Assembly: GCA_044220955.1 (NCBI GenBank)
Contig: JBGAQA010000012.1
Span: forward strand, 19,305 to 83,304
DNA from: Sandaracinaceae bacterium
GTDB taxonomy: Bacteria > Myxococcota_A > Polyangia > Polyangiales > Sandaracinaceae
Direction of reading: 5' to 3'
DNA: 64,000 bases
Part shown: one piece after another, positions 28,779 through 41,493 of the stretch
Numbering within the stretch: the stretch's first letter is position 1
Layout of the letters: each line of letters opens with the position of its first letter
The notes under the pieces: model-generated
What the model was told of the DNA's origin: nothing
The model's input: only the letters and a program-made list of their open reading frames with translations
Database searches by the model: none
Program-made: the position numbers and the translations under genes

Positions 28779-29264
28779 ATGATCCAGATCGGCGACCCGC
28801 TCCCCGACGCCACGCTCACCGAGTCGCTGGAATTCGGCGACGCGTGCCCGCTACCGCCGCAGAAGCACAGCGCGGCCGAGCTGGCGAAGGGCAAGCGGAT
28901 CGTCGTCTTCGGCGTGCCCGGCGCCTTCACCCCGACGTGCTCGGCCAAGCACGTGCCCGGCTACCTCGAGCACCTCGACGCGCTCAAGGGCAAAGGGGTG
29001 GACGAGGTCTGGTGCGTGTCGGTCAACGACGGCTACGTCATGGCCGAGTGGGGCAAGCACCAGAAAGGCCTCGGCAAGATCCGCTTCCTCGGCGACGGCG
29101 AGGCGGACCTCGCGAAGAAGCTCGGGCTCGACGAGGCCATGCCCGGCATGGGCGTACGGGTGAAGCGCTTCTCGATGCTCGTCGATCAGGGCGTGGTGAA
29201 GCAGATCAACGTCGGCAAGGTCGAGGTGAGCGGCGCCGAGGCGATGCTCGCGCAGCTCGGCTGA
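28779..29264 (+). CDS. Peroxiredoxin (Prx5-like)
   Basis: VPGAFTPTCS, CVSVND. Confidence 0.95.
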   Translation: MIQIGDPLPDATLTESLEFGDACPLPPQKHSAAELAKGKRIVVFGVPGAFTPTCSAKHVPGYLEHLDALKGKGVDEVWCVSVNDGYVMAEWGKHQKGLGKIRFLGDGEADLAKKLGLDEAMPGMGVRVKRFSMLVDQGVVKQINVGKVEVSGAEAMLAQLG

Positions 29265-29278
29265 CCCGAGGAGAGGCG

Positions 29279-30001
29279 ATGGACGACGAGCGGCGACTCC
29301 GGATCGATCTCGCGGCCTGCTACCGGCTCATCGCGCTCTTCGGCTGGGACGATCTCGTCTTCACGCACGTGTCCGTGAAGCTCCCGGCAGAGGAAGCGTT
29401 CCTGATCAACCCGTACGGGATGCTCTTCGACGAGATCACCGCGTCGTCGCTCGTGAAGATCGACGCCCAGGGGAACAAGCTCGGGCCGAGCCCGCACCCG
29501 GTGAACCCCGCGGGCTTCGTCATCCACAGCGCGATCCACGCCGCGCGCCACGACGTCGTGTGCGTGCTGCACGTGCACACCGTCGCGGGCGTCGCGGTCT
29601 CCGCGCAGAGGGGCGGTCTCTTGCCCATCTCGCAGCAGTCGACGATCGCGCTCGCCTCGATCGGCTACCACGACTACGAGGGCATCGCGCTGCGCGACGA
29701 CGAGAAGCCGCGCCTCGTGAAGGACCTCGGCGACGCGACGTGCCTCGTCCTGCGCAACCACGGCCTGCTCACGGTCGGTGCGAGCGTCGCCGACGCGTTC
29801 CTCTCCATGTACAACCTGCAGCGCTCGTGCGAGATCCAGATCGCGGCGCAGGCGGGCGGCGAGCTCGTGAGCGTCGAGCCGCGCATCACCGCGGGCGTCA
29901 AGCAGAACGTCGCGACGGTGACGCGCGGCATGGGCGGCAGCCTCGCGTGGCCGGGCCTCTTGCGGCGTCTCGATCGACTCAGCCCCGGCTATGCGGCCTG
30001 A
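29279..30001 (+). CDS. Class II aldolase/adducin family protein
   Basis: DLVFTH, INPYG, AGFVIHSAIH, HVH, LRNHG. Confidence 0.93.
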   Translation: MDDERRLRIDLAACYRLIALFGWDDLVFTHVSVKLPAEEAFLINPYGMLFDEITASSLVKIDAQGNKLGPSPHPVNPAGFVIHSAIHAARHDVVCVLHVHTVAGVAVSAQRGGLLPISQQSTIALASIGYHDYEGIALRDDEKPRLVKDLGDATCLVLRNHGLLTVGASVADAFLSMYNLQRSCEIQIAAQAGGELVSVEPRITAGVKQNVATVTRGMGGSLAWPGLLRRLDRLSPGYAA

Positions 30002-30047
30002 CGCCGGGCGGACAGGTCTCGAGCGGCCCTGCGTACGATAGGGACGC

Positions 30048-31535
30048 GTGACCTCGATCCAAGCCGGCACCCGGATCGCCGATCGCTACCGCATCGAGTC
30101 GTTGCTCGCGTCGGGAGGCATGGGCGCCGTCTACCGCGCGACGGACGAGCGCCTCTCGCGCGCGGTCGCGATCAAGATCCTGCTCGCCGAGATCGCGGCG
30201 GACGCGACGCAGGTCGCGCGCTTCGAGCGCGAGGCCATCGCGTCCGCGCGGCTGAGCCATCCCGGGATCATCCAGGTCCACGATTTCGGGAAGACCGACG
30301 CTGGCGTCGCGTACCTCGTGATGGAGCTGATCAGCGGCCAGACGCTCTCGAGCGTGCTCGATCGGTCGCGCCTGACGCCGAAGCGCGCGGTCGACATCGT
30401 CGACCAGGCGCTCGCCGCGCTCGCCGCCGCACATGGCGCCGGGATCATCCACCGCGACCTCAAGCCGGCGAACCTGATGCTCGTGCCGCTCGGTGGCGAG
30501 CGCGAGCACGTGAAGATCCTCGACTTCGGCATCGCGCAGCTCAAGTCGGGCGAGGCGTACGCGCGGCTGACCGCCACCGGCGACGTCGTCGGGACGCCCT
30601 CCTTCATGTCGCCCGAGCAGGCCCGGGGGGAGCCGTGCGATCCGCGCGCCGACCTGTACTCGATGGGGATGGTGCTCTGGTGCTGCCTCACCGGGCAGCG
30701 CCCCTGGAACTACCCGCACGTGGCGCAGATCATCGTCGCCGTGCAGTCCGAGATGCCGCGGCGCGCCGATCGCGTGACCGCGGACGTCCCGAAGGCGGTC
30801 GCGACGGTGGTGGAGAAGGCGATCGCGAAGCGCGCGCAGGATCGCTTCGCCAGCGCCGCGGAGTTCGCGGCCGAGCTGCGCAAGGCCGCGAACGCGATCG
30901 CGCCTGGCACGCGCGCGCCGGTCCCGCAGACGGCGGCGAGCCCCCTCGGCGCCAGGCTGAGCCCCGCGGACCTCGGGCGCGCCGCGCTGCCCGTCGCGGC
31001 CGCGGCGTCCCCACCCGCACCGACGGCGCCCCCTGCGACGCCTTCGCCCGCCCCGACCGCGCCCGCGACGCCCATCGCGCTCGCGCCGCGCGCCATCACC
31101 GCGGCGCCCCTCGCCGCGCCCGCGACGCCGACGCCGACGGCGCCGCCCGAGCGCGAGCCCAGGCCGAAGCGCCGCTGGTGGCTGCGGATCACGCTCGCGC
31201 TCGTCGCGCTGGTCGCGCTCGGCGGGGTTGCCACCCTGGCGCTCGTGGCGGTCTTGGGGGTGATGGGCCTCTCGTGGTTCGCGAGCCTGCCGAACGCACG
31301 GCACCCCGCGCCCGGCTTCGGAGTGCAGCCCGCGGCGCTCGCGCCGGACCCGACCTGCGCTGCGGCCGCGCGTTGCTGCGCGCTCGGCGGCGGCGACTCG
31401 TCCGAGTGCACCTCGTACCTGTCCGAGCCGCTCGACCTCGATCGATGCCGGCAAGCGATCGGCTCGTACGGCGACGCGATCACCGCCGAGGGCGAGGACG
31501 CGACGCCGTGCTCACCGACCTACGCGGGTCCCTGA
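30048..31535 (+). CDS. Hanks-type Ser/Thr kinase with TM and Cys-rich exterior domain
   Basis: [26 protein letters not shown]; Pro-rich linker and TM. Confidence 0.95.
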   Translation: MTSIQAGTRIADRYRIESLLASGGMGAVYRATDERLSRAVAIKILLAEIAADATQVARFEREAIASARLSHPGIIQVHDFGKTDAGVAYLVMELISGQTLSSVLDRSRLTPKRAVDIVDQALAALAAAHGAGIIHRDLKPANLMLVPLGGEREHVKILDFGIAQLKSGEAYARLTATGDVVGTPSFMSPEQARGEPCDPRADLYSMGMVLWCCLTGQRPWNYPHVAQIIVAVQSEMPRRADRVTADVPKAVATVVEKAIAKRAQDRFASAAEFAAELRKAANAIAPGTRAPVPQTAASPLGARLSPADLGRAALPVAAAASPPAPTAPPATPSPAPTAPATPIALAPRAITAAPLAAPATPTPTAPPEREPRPKRRWWLRITLALVALVALGGVATLALVAVLGVMGLSWFASLPNARHPAPGFGVQPAALAPDPTCAAAARCCALGGGDSSECTSYLSEPLDLDRCRQAIGSYGDAITAEGEDATPCSPTYAGP

Positions 31536-31599
31536 CCGGCACGCTGGGCCGCGGAGGTCGGCCGCGGAGGCGGGCCCGAGCTGGCGAGCGCTCCCGCCG

Positions 31600-32019
31600 T
31601 CACTCGGCCGCGTCGGCGAGCGGATAGAGCGACTTGTTCTCGAGGCTCATGCGGCGCCCGAGCTGCTCGAAGCAGCCGAGCACGTCGAGGATGAACTCGC
31701 GCGGCTTGCCCGCCAGTGCTTCGGCGCTCGGCCACCGCTGCTCGAGGCGATCGAACATCGCGTAGAGCGTCCCGACCTCGTCGAGGAGACGGCTCGCCTC
31801 CCGTCGTACGCGCGGGTCCGCGTGCATCATGAGATCGGGGTAGAGCGCCTCGTTCTCCATCCGCGCGTGGACGCGGAGCTTGCCGCCGAAGCGGGCGAGC
31901 GCCGTGCGGATGCCCCTCGCGTCGCTCTCGACCGCCTCCACGGAGAGGCGGTTGCGGATGTCGAGGGCGAGCGTCGCGAGCTCCGCATGCTGCCTCCGAA
32001 AGGTCTCCGTGCGGGCCAT
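31600..32019 (-). CDS. Hemerythrin-like domain protein
   Basis: RRQH, HARMENEALYP, RMSLENKSLYP. Confidence 0.82.
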   Translation of the reverse strand: MARTETFRRQHAELATLALDIRNRLSVEAVESDARGIRTALARFGGKLRVHARMENEALYPDLMMHADPRVRREASRLLDEVGTLYAMFDRLEQRWPSAEALAGKPREFILDVLGCFEQLGRRMSLENKSLYPLADAAE

Positions 32020-32090
32020 GACCTAGGTACGCTCCGACCCGAGCTTCGGATCGACGCGGGCTGCGGTTATCTGCGATTCTCCGCGCCCAC

Positions 32091-33632
32091 ATGGCCTCCC
32101 TCGTCCAGCGGCTCCTCGCCCGCAAGCCGATCGCCGACCTCGACCCCGAGACGGAGGACAAGTCCGGGCTGAAACGCTCGCTCGGCGCGATGGATCTCGT
32201 GTTCCTGGCGATCGGGGCCGTCATCGGCGCCGGGATCTTCGGCTCGATCGGCACGGCCGCGGCGGGCGAGATCCGGGTCGACGACGCCGGTGTCAGCCAC
32301 GTGGTGCGCTACGGGGCCGGCCCCGCGCTGATCGTCTCGTTCCTCTTGCTCGGCGTGGTGTGCGGCCTCTGCGCGCTCTGCTACGCGGAGCTCGCGTCGA
32401 TGATTCCGCAAGCGGGCAGCGCCTACGCGTACTCGTACGCGACGCTCGGCGAGCTCGTGGCGTGGATCATCGGCTGGGACCTCATCCTCGAGTACGCCGT
32501 CGGCAACGTGGCCGTCGCCATCGCATGGGGGAACTACTTCCAGTCCCTGCTCGAGGCGGCCGGTCTCGGGCTGCCTCCGTGGCTCGTGCACGGCTACTGG
32601 GACGTCGCGCTCAGCACCAACCCCGGCGTGCACGCCCTGCTCGAGAGCGCGCCCCACGTGCTGGGCATCCCCGTGCTGGTCAACCTGCCTGCGTTCCTCA
32701 TCGTCGCCGTCATCACCGGCCTGCTGCTCGTGGGCGTGAGGGAGAGCGCGCGCGCCAACAACGCGATGGTGCTGGTGAAGCTCGGCGTCCTCGCGCTCTT
32801 CTGCGCGATGGGGGCGACGCGCATCGACACGCACTTCTACACGCCGTTCGCGCCCAACGGCTGGACCGGCATCCACCAGGGCGCCGCGGTGGTGTTCTTC
32901 GCCTACATCGGGTTCGACGCGATCTCGTGCGCCGCCGAGGAGACGCGCAACCCGCAGCGAAACCTTCCGATCGGCATCATCGGCGGCCTGGCGATCTGCA
33001 CGGTGATCTACGTCCTGGTCGGGCTCGTGATCACCGGCATCGCTCCCTGGCAGCGGCTGAACGAGCAGGGCGATCCCCTGGCGTTCGCGCTCGAGTACGC
33101 GGGCCTGCCGGTCGTCTCGTGGCTGGTGAGCTTCGGCGCGGTCGTGTCCATGACGGCCGTCCTGCTCGTGTTCCAGTACGGCCAGCCTCGCATCCTGTTC
33201 GCGATGGCGCGCGACGGCCTCTTGCCGGAGGCGGCCGCCAAGCTGCACCCGAAGTACCGCACGCCCTGGGCCATGACGATCATGACGGGGGTGCTCGTCG
33301 CGCTCGGCTCGCTCGTCGGCGACGACGACGTGACCTACGACCTGACCAACATCGGGACCCTCTTCGCGTTCTTCCTCGTCGCGGTCGGCGTCATGGTGCT
33401 GCGCGTCACCGACCCGAAGCGGCCGCGCCCCTTCCGCGTTCCCGCCGTCTGGGTGCTCGCGCCGCTCGGCGCTGCGGCTTGCGTCTACACGATGGCCGGC
33501 CTGCCGGGCGAGACGTGGATCCGCTTCTTCGTCTGGCTCGCGATCGGGCTCGTCTTCTACGCCGCGTACGGCTACCGACGCTCGCGGCTCCGCGTGGCCG
33601 CTGGCGTCACAGGGGGAAGCAGCCCCGGGTGA
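32091..33632 (+). CDS. APC family amino-acid permease
   Basis: IGAVIGAGIF, AGSAYAY, FAYIGFD, AEETRNPQR, RPFRVP. Confidence 0.95.
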   Translation: MASLVQRLLARKPIADLDPETEDKSGLKRSLGAMDLVFLAIGAVIGAGIFGSIGTAAAGEIRVDDAGVSHVVRYGAGPALIVSFLLLGVVCGLCALCYAELASMIPQAGSAYAYSYATLGELVAWIIGWDLILEYAVGNVAVAIAWGNYFQSLLEAAGLGLPPWLVHGYWDVALSTNPGVHALLESAPHVLGIPVLVNLPAFLIVAVITGLLLVGVRESARANNAMVLVKLGVLALFCAMGATRIDTHFYTPFAPNGWTGIHQGAAVVFFAYIGFDAISCAAEETRNPQRNLPIGIIGGLAICTVIYVLVGLVITGIAPWQRLNEQGDPLAFALEYAGLPVVSWLVSFGAVVSMTAVLLVFQYGQPRILFAMARDGLLPEAAAKLHPKYRTPWAMTIMTGVLVALGSLVGDDDVTYDLTNIGTLFAFFLVAVGVMVLRVTDPKRPRPFRVPAVWVLAPLGAAACVYTMAGLPGETWIRFFVWLAIGLVFYAAYGYRRSRLRVAAGVTGGSSPG

Positions 33633-34455
33633 GCGGGTTGCAGGCGACGAGGCACTCCGCGACCGTGTAACACATGCACGATCCCGCGACGCAGTGGGAC
33701 GAGAGGCTCGAGTCGCAGGCGTTCGTGCAGCTGCCGCAGTGATCCATCGTGGTCTGCGTGTTGATGCAGGCGCCGGTACAGCACTCCTGGCTCGCCGTGC
33801 ACGTCCGGCCACACGCCCCGCAGTGCGCGACCGAGCCGTTCGTGTCGACGCACGAGCCGCCGCAGCAGGTCGTGCCTCCGGTGCACGCGGGGTGGGTGCC
33901 GCACTGGCAGACCCCGGCGACGCACGACTCCCCCGTCGCGCACGACGGCGTGCACGTCGAGGGTGGGACGCACGAACCGCCGACGCAGCTGTCGCCCGCG
34001 GCGCAGACCATCGTGCAGGACCCGCAGTGTGACGTGCTGGTCGAGGTGTTCACGCACGAGCCGCTGCAGCAGGTGCTCGACCCCATGCACGCGGCGCCCG
34101 AGCCGCAGCGGCAGGTGCCGCCGCTGCACGTCTCACCGGCTCCACACGCGGGCGAGCACGCCGTCGCGGCGTCGCGCCCCGCGTCGTTGCCGGCGTCCCG
34201 CAGGCCCGTGTCGGGCGTCACCCCGCCCATGTCGGGCGTCATCCCGCCCATGTCAGGCGTCATCCCGCCCATGTCGGGCGTCATCCCGCCCATGTCGGGC
34301 GTCATCCCGCCCATGTCGGGCGTTCCACCGCCGTCACGGCCCGCGTCCATGCCACGACCCGCATCGTCACCAGGCTCGCGGCCGTTGCCCTTCGCGCAGC
34401 CGACCCCGATCAGCGCGGTTGCTGCGAGCAGCACGAACGAAACGCGTGCGAGCAT
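33607..34455 (-). CDS. Cys-rich myxobacterial lipoprotein with TPDMGGM repeats
   Basis: Lipobox GVGC; CCxGxCVxT...HCGxC repeats. Confidence 0.85.
   Translation of the reverse strand: MLARVSFVLLAATALIGVGCAKGNGREPGDDAGRGMDAGRDGGGTPDMGGMTPDMGGMTPDMGGMTPDMGGMTPDMGGVTPDTGLRDAGNDAGRDAATACSPACGAGETCSGGTCRCGSGAACMGSSTCCSGSCVNTSTSTSHCGSCTMVCAAGDSCVGGSCVPPSTCTPSCATGESCVAGVCQCGTHPACTGGTTCCGGSCVDTNGSVAHCGACGRTCTASQECCTGACINTQTTMDHCGSCTNACDSSLSSHCVAGSCMCYTVAECLVACNPLTRGCFPL
34209..34323. repeat. 21-bp coding tandem repeat, about 5.5 units
   Basis: TGTCGGGCGTCATCCCGCCCA units encode TPDMGGM on the minus strand. Confidence 0.92.
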
Positions 34456-34543
34456 CCTGGCTCCCGTTCGCCGAAGGTTCGACGAAGCGCAGATCGTAAC
34501 GTTGCATTCGCCGCCCGATCAAGCGACGTTGCGCACACCCGTC

Positions 34544-35065
34544 ATGGCCCCCCCGAGCGAGCGCCCGAGCGAGGGCAAGCTCCGCTGTGCGCCGCTGGCT
34601 CCCCCCTTCCACGTGGTGCTGCACGAGCCGGAGATCCCTCCCAACACCGGGTCGGTCGCGCGGACCTGCGCGGCGACGTCGAGCCCCCTGCACCTCATCA
34701 AGCCGCTGGGTTTCCGCATCGACGAGCACGCGGTGAGGCGAGCCGGCCTCGACTACTGGCACCTCGTCGATCTGCGCGTGCACGACGACTGGGCGGCGTA
34801 TCGGGCGTCCGAGGCGGGGCGCCGCGTCCACCTCTTCTCGGCGAACACCGCCGCGAGCTACCTCGAGGCCGACCTCGAGCCGGGCGATGCCCTCGTCTTC
34901 GGTCGCGAGTCGGTGGGGCTGCCGGCGTGGCTGCTGGAGCAGCACACGGCGCACACCTGGGGGATCCCGACGAGCGGCCCCGTGCGCTCGCTGAACCTCA
35001 GCAACGCCGTGGCGATCGTGCTCTACGAGGCGCTGCGCCGCTCCGGCACGCTCGCACGGCGCTGA
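34544..35065 (+). CDS. trmL: tRNA (cytidine34-2'-O)-methyltransferase
   Basis: EPEIPPNTG, RRAGLDYW, FGRESVGLP, RSLNLSNAV. Confidence 0.94.
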   Translation: MAPPSERPSEGKLRCAPLAPPFHVVLHEPEIPPNTGSVARTCAATSSPLHLIKPLGFRIDEHAVRRAGLDYWHLVDLRVHDDWAAYRASEAGRRVHLFSANTAASYLEADLEPGDALVFGRESVGLPAWLLEQHTAHTWGIPTSGPVRSLNLSNAVAIVLYEALRRSGTLARR

Positions 35066-35159
35066 GCGGCCACCGACGCGGCGTTCCCGGCAGGGCGGAC
35101 CCCGCGCCGAGGCGCGAGCGCGGCGACCCACGGGTCGGCGCCCATCGCGGCCGCGTCCT

Positions 35160-36620
35160 TCAGCAGTAGCAGTCGTGCATCGCGGGGCTGACGTCCACCA
35201 CGGTGTCGAGCCCGCTCATCGTGCGGCCGACGACAGCGCTCTCGGTGATCCACTCCGGCGAGCCGTCCCCGTCGACGTCGTAGGCCGCCACCGGAACGTG
35301 ATAGCCGGGGTCGGCCCCGCGGGTGAGCGCCGTCAGCGAGCCGTCCGCCGCGACCTCGAACGCCGCCCAGAGCGCCCCCGAGAAGTCCGCGCAGCCGCCT
35401 GTGCTCGTCGCGGCGACCACGGTGACGTAGCGCCGCGGCGCGCCCGGGACCGTCCACGTCGTCACCGCGGGGGTCGCGCCCTCGAGCGCGTCCCAGGGTC
35501 CCGTCCCGCCGCTCTCGTGCAGAGCGTCGTCGAGCGCACGCCACGCGGGCGTGGCGCGGAACGCGACGAGCGCGCGCGCGGCGAGCGCACCCTCCGTCCG
35601 CGAAGGCGTGAAGAAGGCCGCCGGAGGCAGCGAGGCGAGCCGCGCGACGAGCGCGCCGGGGCAAGCGTCGAGGTCCGCCACGAGCATCATGCCCTCGCCC
35701 CAGGCGTCGGCCGCGATCTCGGCGGACGTCGCCGGCGTGCCCTGCGTGCCGTCGTCCGCCTGCCCGTCCCAGCGCTGCTCGACGCCGAAGTGCACGTCCA
35801 CCCGGCTCAGCACCGAGAGCGCACCGAGCCGCGCGCTGCACGACGCGCCGGTCTGGTCCGCCGTCACGATCGACTGGCCGCTCAGGGCCCTCAGCGCAGG
35901 GGGGATCTCCTCCTGCCGGACGCGCTCGCGCGTGACGACGACGGTGTCGCGCACGACCAGCTCCGGCGGCCCCTCGGACCACACCTCGCCGTCCGGCACG
36001 CTCTGCAGCACGACCCAGCGCTGCGCCCCGGCCGACACGACGGGCATGACGGCACCGTGGACGTACACGGTCATGAAGATCGGCCCGAGCGGCGCGGTCG
36101 ACACGGTCGACGTGATCATCTCTTCGCGCGCGATGCGCAGGCCCCCGCCCTGGCGCACGACGACGAGCTCCTTCTGGCCCTCGTCGTGATACGAGCCGGC
36201 GGTGAAGCTCTGCGCGAGCGACACGGTCGCGACGTCGGGGGCGACGTGGATGCTCACGAGCGTGGCCTCGACGTGCAGCGGGCGGGCGAACATCGGGCGG
36301 CGGTCCCGCATCCAGCCGGCCCGATCGAAGCGCCGGACGCGCGGGCCAGACCGGCGGATGCCGTCGAAGCGCGCCGCGTAGAGCGACTCGTAGGCGGTGA
36401 AGTCGCCGCCGTTCTGGGCGGCGAGCCAGGCGTCGACGAGGCCGCGGACGTCCGCTTCGGAGATCGACGGAGATGGCGGGACCGAGGACGTGGGCGCGGG
36501 GCTGTGTGGCGAGGAAGACGCGGGCGGCCTCGAGGGTGCCGCGCGTCGTGGTCACGCGGTGGGCGTAGCCGTCCAGGCGGCCAGCGCCAGCGCCAGCGCC
36601 GCGCTCGTGAGACGCAACAT
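35160..36620 (-). pseudogene. Exported NTF2/SnoaL-like domain protein interrupted by an in-frame TGA
   Basis: ATG at 36620 with signal peptide is in frame with ORF 35160..36311; single TGA at 36552-36554; the intervening frame encodes VRGLVDAWLAAQNGGDFTAYESLYA. Confidence 0.62.
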
Positions 36621-36651
36621 CGCCCGTACTGTATCCGCTCGCAGCGCGCGA

Positions 36652-37986
36652 TCAGAGCGCCTTGCGCGGCGGCACTGCGGCGGTGGCCACGAGCACGCCC
36701 GTCGCGAGCGCCATCGCGACGAGCGCCATGCGGAAGGCCGTGGCGACCGCGACCTCGGGCTCGTTCTCGAGCAGCGAGCGAATCGACAAGAAGCCCACGC
36801 TGCCCGGCACGAGGAAGAGGATCCCCGGCGTCAGCATCAGGTTCACCGGCCGGTCCCGCACCCGCGCGAACAGATGCGACGCCGCGCCCACCGCGAGGGC
36901 ACCGACGAACGCGCCCAGCTCCGCGCCGACCCACGCGCCGCCGATCTGCGAGGCGAGCAGCGCGATGGCGACCGCGAGCAGGACCCAGCCCCCGTCCCGG
37001 GGACGGGCGCGCAGCAGCACGGTGAACCCGCCGGCGCTCACGAGCGCCGCCGCGATCGTGGCGGCGCGCGGCAGCGCCTCGGCGGCGGCCGGGGCGTGCG
37101 CGCCGGGGGCGAGCTGCGCCGCGACACGACCGAGGGCGACCCCGAAGCCGAGCTGCAAGAACGTGATGAAGCCGCCCATGAGGCGCGCGGTGCCGCTGAC
37201 CAGGTTGGCGGTCGCGAGCTCGAGCGTCGCGGTCGTCACGGTGAGCCCGGGGAGCAGGACGATGATCGCCGCGAGCAGAACGACCGACGGACGCGTCTCG
37301 AGGCCCAGGGCGGCGAGCACGCTCGCGATCGAGGAGACGGTGAACGCGGCGAGAGACGGCAAGAGGCGCGCCATCGCGGCGAGCTTGCTCGCGGCCGCGT
37401 CGAGGGCCCCGACCACCAGCCCGAGCAGCGCCGCGACGGGCACGTCGAGCCCGCTGCCGCCGAGCAGCACGGCGGCGGCTGCGCCGATCAGCGCGAACGC
37501 GATCGCCGAGACCCACGCCCCGTAGCGAGGCGGGCGCGCGAGGATCGCTTCGACGCGCAGCGCCGCGTCGCCGGGCGTGAGCTCTTTCTTCTCCACCCGC
37601 GCGACCAGGTCGTGCAGCGCGCCGAGTCGCTCGAGGTCCGTGTTCCCCGGCTCGACGCGCACGACGCGGGTGCGCACGTCCTGCGGACGCGTGGCGTCCC
37701 CCCGCGACATCGTGAGGATGAGGGCCGTGGGCGTGCAGAACGCATCGACGTCGAGATCGAGGGCGTCGCCGAGCCGCGCGAGCGCTTCCTCCACCCGATA
37801 GGCCGGCATTCCGCAGCCGAGCAGCGCACGCGAGAGCAGCAGGACGAACCGGAGCGCCGGATCGAGCCCCTCGGCAGCGTGCTCGGGAAGCGCGTCGGCG
37901 CGCACGAGCGACTCGAGGCTCGATCGCCCGCGCCGGCGCGAGCGCGAGGTGAGCACGCGCGCTGCCTGTACGATCCAGAGGTCCAC
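36652..37986 (-). CDS. Threonine/serine exporter (ThrE family)
   Basis: [19 protein letters not shown]...SGTARL, LVPGS; start uncertain. Confidence 0.88.
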   Translation of the reverse strand: MDLWIVQAARVLTSRSRRRGRSSLESLVRADALPEHAAEGLDPALRFVLLLSRALLGCGMPAYRVEEALARLGDALDLDVDAFCTPTALILTMSRGDATRPQDVRTRVVRVEPGNTDLERLGALHDLVARVEKKELTPGDAALRVEAILARPPRYGAWVSAIAFALIGAAAAVLLGGSGLDVPVAALLGLVVGALDAAASKLAAMARLLPSLAAFTVSSIASVLAALGLETRPSVVLLAAIIVLLPGLTVTTATLELATANLVSGTARLMGGFITFLQLGFGVALGRVAAQLAPGAHAPAAAEALPRAATIAAALVSAGGFTVLLRARPRDGGWVLLAVAIALLASQIGGAWVGAELGAFVGALAVGAASHLFARVRDRPVNLMLTPGILFLVPGSVGFLSIRSLLENEPEVAVATAFRMALVAMALATGVLVATAAVPPRKAL

Positions 37987-38093
37987 GCGGCGCGTGTGTA
38001 CGCTGCCTGGCCCACGCCGGCCACCCCACGCGCCGCATCGCGCGCGGGCTCGCGCGCGATGCGCGCGCGCGCGTCCGTGGTATCGATCGAGCG

Positions 38094-38981
38094 ATGACGA
38101 CGACCACGCGCACCCTGACCGCGATCGCCGGCAACACGCAGCGCCTCGACGGGGGCGCGATGTTCGGCAATGCACCGAGGGCGGTCTGGGAGAAGTGGAT
38201 CGCCCCGGACGAGCGGCACCGCATCCCGCTCGCGTGCCGCGCGATGTTGATCGAGGAGACCTCGATCGACGCCGAGCGCCGGATCCTCTTCGAGACTGGC
38301 ATCGGCGCGTTCTTCCCGCCGAAGATGCGCGACCGCTTCGGCGTGATGGAGGCCGAGCACGTGCTCCTCGCGAGCCTCGAGAAGGCGGGCGCCCCACACG
38401 ACACCGTGGACGTGGTGGTGCTCTCTCACCTGCACTTCGACCACGCCGGTGGGCTGCTGAGCGCGTTCGAGGAGGGAAGGCCGCCGGCGCTTCTCTTCCC
38501 GAGAGCGACCTTCGTCGTCGGGCGCGAGGCCTGGGAGCGGGCCAGGCACCCCCACGCCCGCGACCGCGCGTCGTTCATCCCCGAGCTGATGCCGCTGCTC
38601 GAGGCGAGCGGGCGCCTCGAGATCGTCGCGGGGGAAGAAAGTCGCGCGCTGGGGCCGGCGTACCGCCTGCACCGCTCCAGCGGTCACACGCCCGGGCTCG
38701 TGCTCGCCGAGGTGCCGAGCGAGAGCGGGCCCATCGTCTTCGCGGCCGATCTGATCCCGGGACGGCCCTGGGTACATCTTCCGATCACCATGGGCTACGA
38801 CCGGAGCCCCGAGCTCCTGATCGACGAGAAGACCGCGCTGCTCGAGGGCCTCGTGAAGAGGCATGGGCGCCTCTTCTTCACCCACGACGCGAGCGTCGCG
38901 ATGTCGCGCGTGGTGAAGGACGCCTCCGGCAAGTTCGGACCGGCCGACGACGTCGCCGCGCCCGACCACCTGGCGATCTAG
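38094..38981 (+). CDS. MBL-fold metallo-hydrolase
   Basis: [34 protein letters not shown]. Confidence 0.93.
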   Translation: MTTTTRTLTAIAGNTQRLDGGAMFGNAPRAVWEKWIAPDERHRIPLACRAMLIEETSIDAERRILFETGIGAFFPPKMRDRFGVMEAEHVLLASLEKAGAPHDTVDVVVLSHLHFDHAGGLLSAFEEGRPPALLFPRATFVVGREAWERARHPHARDRASFIPELMPLLEASGRLEIVAGEESRALGPAYRLHRSSGHTPGLVLAEVPSESGPIVFAADLIPGRPWVHLPITMGYDRSPELLIDEKTALLEGLVKRHGRLFFTHDASVAMSRVVKDASGKFGPADDVAAPDHLAI

Positions 38982-38982
38982 G

Positions 38983-39894
38983 ATGAGCACCTCGCGCGCA
39001 TCCCCTCAGCTCGACGACCTGGGTGTGTTCGTGCGCGTGGTCGAGCACAAGAGCATGAGCGCCGCGGCGCGACGCCTGGGTGTGCCGAAGTCGACGGTGA
39101 GCCGGGCGATCGCGCGTCTCGAGGACGGCCTGCGCGTGCGGCTCTTCCAGCGGACCACCCGCTCGCTCGCGCCGACGGAGGTGGGAGCGGCCCTCTACGC
39201 CGAGGTGCTCCCGCACGTCGACGCGCTCCGTGCGGCGACCTCGCTGCTGACGACGGACGAGGCGACGCCGCGCGGCCTCTTGCGCGTCACGGCCCCGAAC
39301 GACCTCGGCACCCTCTTGCTCGCAGACGTGGTGACGCGCTTCTGCCAGCGCTACCCCGAGGTGCAGATCGAGCTGATCTTGACCGCGCGCACCGTCGACC
39401 TCGTGGCCGAGGGGGTCGACGTCGCGGTACGCGCGGGCGTGCTCCGCGACTCCTCGCTCGTCGCCAAGAAGATCGCCGAGACGGAGCTGCGCCTGTTCGC
39501 CGCCCCGAGCTACCTCGCGCGGCGCGGCACGCCGCGATCCGTCGCCGATCTCGCTGCGCACGACGCCGTGCTCTTCCACGGAAAGAACGGACGCGGACGC
39601 TGGACGCTGGAGTGCAAGGGCGAGCGGACGCACGTCGACGTGCAGGGCAAGGTGTCGGGCGACGACTTCACCTTCCTGGTGGCGGCGACCGTCGCGGGCG
39701 CCGGGGTCGCGCTGCTGCCGCGCTTCACGGCGCAGAGCGCCGCCCAAGCGGGGGCCCTCGTGCGCCTGCTGCCGGCGCACGTGTGGCGCGCGGGCTCGGT
39801 GTACGTCGTGCATGCGTCCAGCCGCCACGTCCCTCAGAAGGTCGCCGCGTTCCGCGACTTCCTGGCGGAGGCCGTCCGCGGAGTCTCGCTCTGA
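38983..39894 (+). CDS. LysR family transcriptional regulator
   Basis: HTH SMSAAARRLGVPKSTVSR...LFQRTTR; CrgA-like effector domain. Confidence 0.95.
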   Translation: MSTSRASPQLDDLGVFVRVVEHKSMSAAARRLGVPKSTVSRAIARLEDGLRVRLFQRTTRSLAPTEVGAALYAEVLPHVDALRAATSLLTTDEATPRGLLRVTAPNDLGTLLLADVVTRFCQRYPEVQIELILTARTVDLVAEGVDVAVRAGVLRDSSLVAKKIAETELRLFAAPSYLARRGTPRSVADLAAHDAVLFHGKNGRGRWTLECKGERTHVDVQGKVSGDDFTFLVAATVAGAGVALLPRFTAQSAAQAGALVRLLPAHVWRAGSVYVVHASSRHVPQKVAAFRDFLAEAVRGVSL

Positions 39895-39906
39895 GCCCTC
39901 GCCGGG

Positions 39907-41457
<1,551 letters not shown>

Positions 41458-41493
41458 CGCGGCTCAGTATCGCACGGGTGCTACGATCCGCCG

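Noticed and set aside
28779..29264. Extra N-terminal Cys (DACPLPP) in the peroxiredoxin
   Set aside because: Similar insertions occur in other bacterial Prx5-like proteins; not clearly novel
33607..33632. 26-bp 3' overlap of convergent permease and lipoprotein genes
   Set aside because: Short convergent overlaps are common in GC-rich genomes
34209..34323. CRISPR-like direct repeats
   Set aside because: Contiguous 21-bp units without spacers, in frame within a CDS
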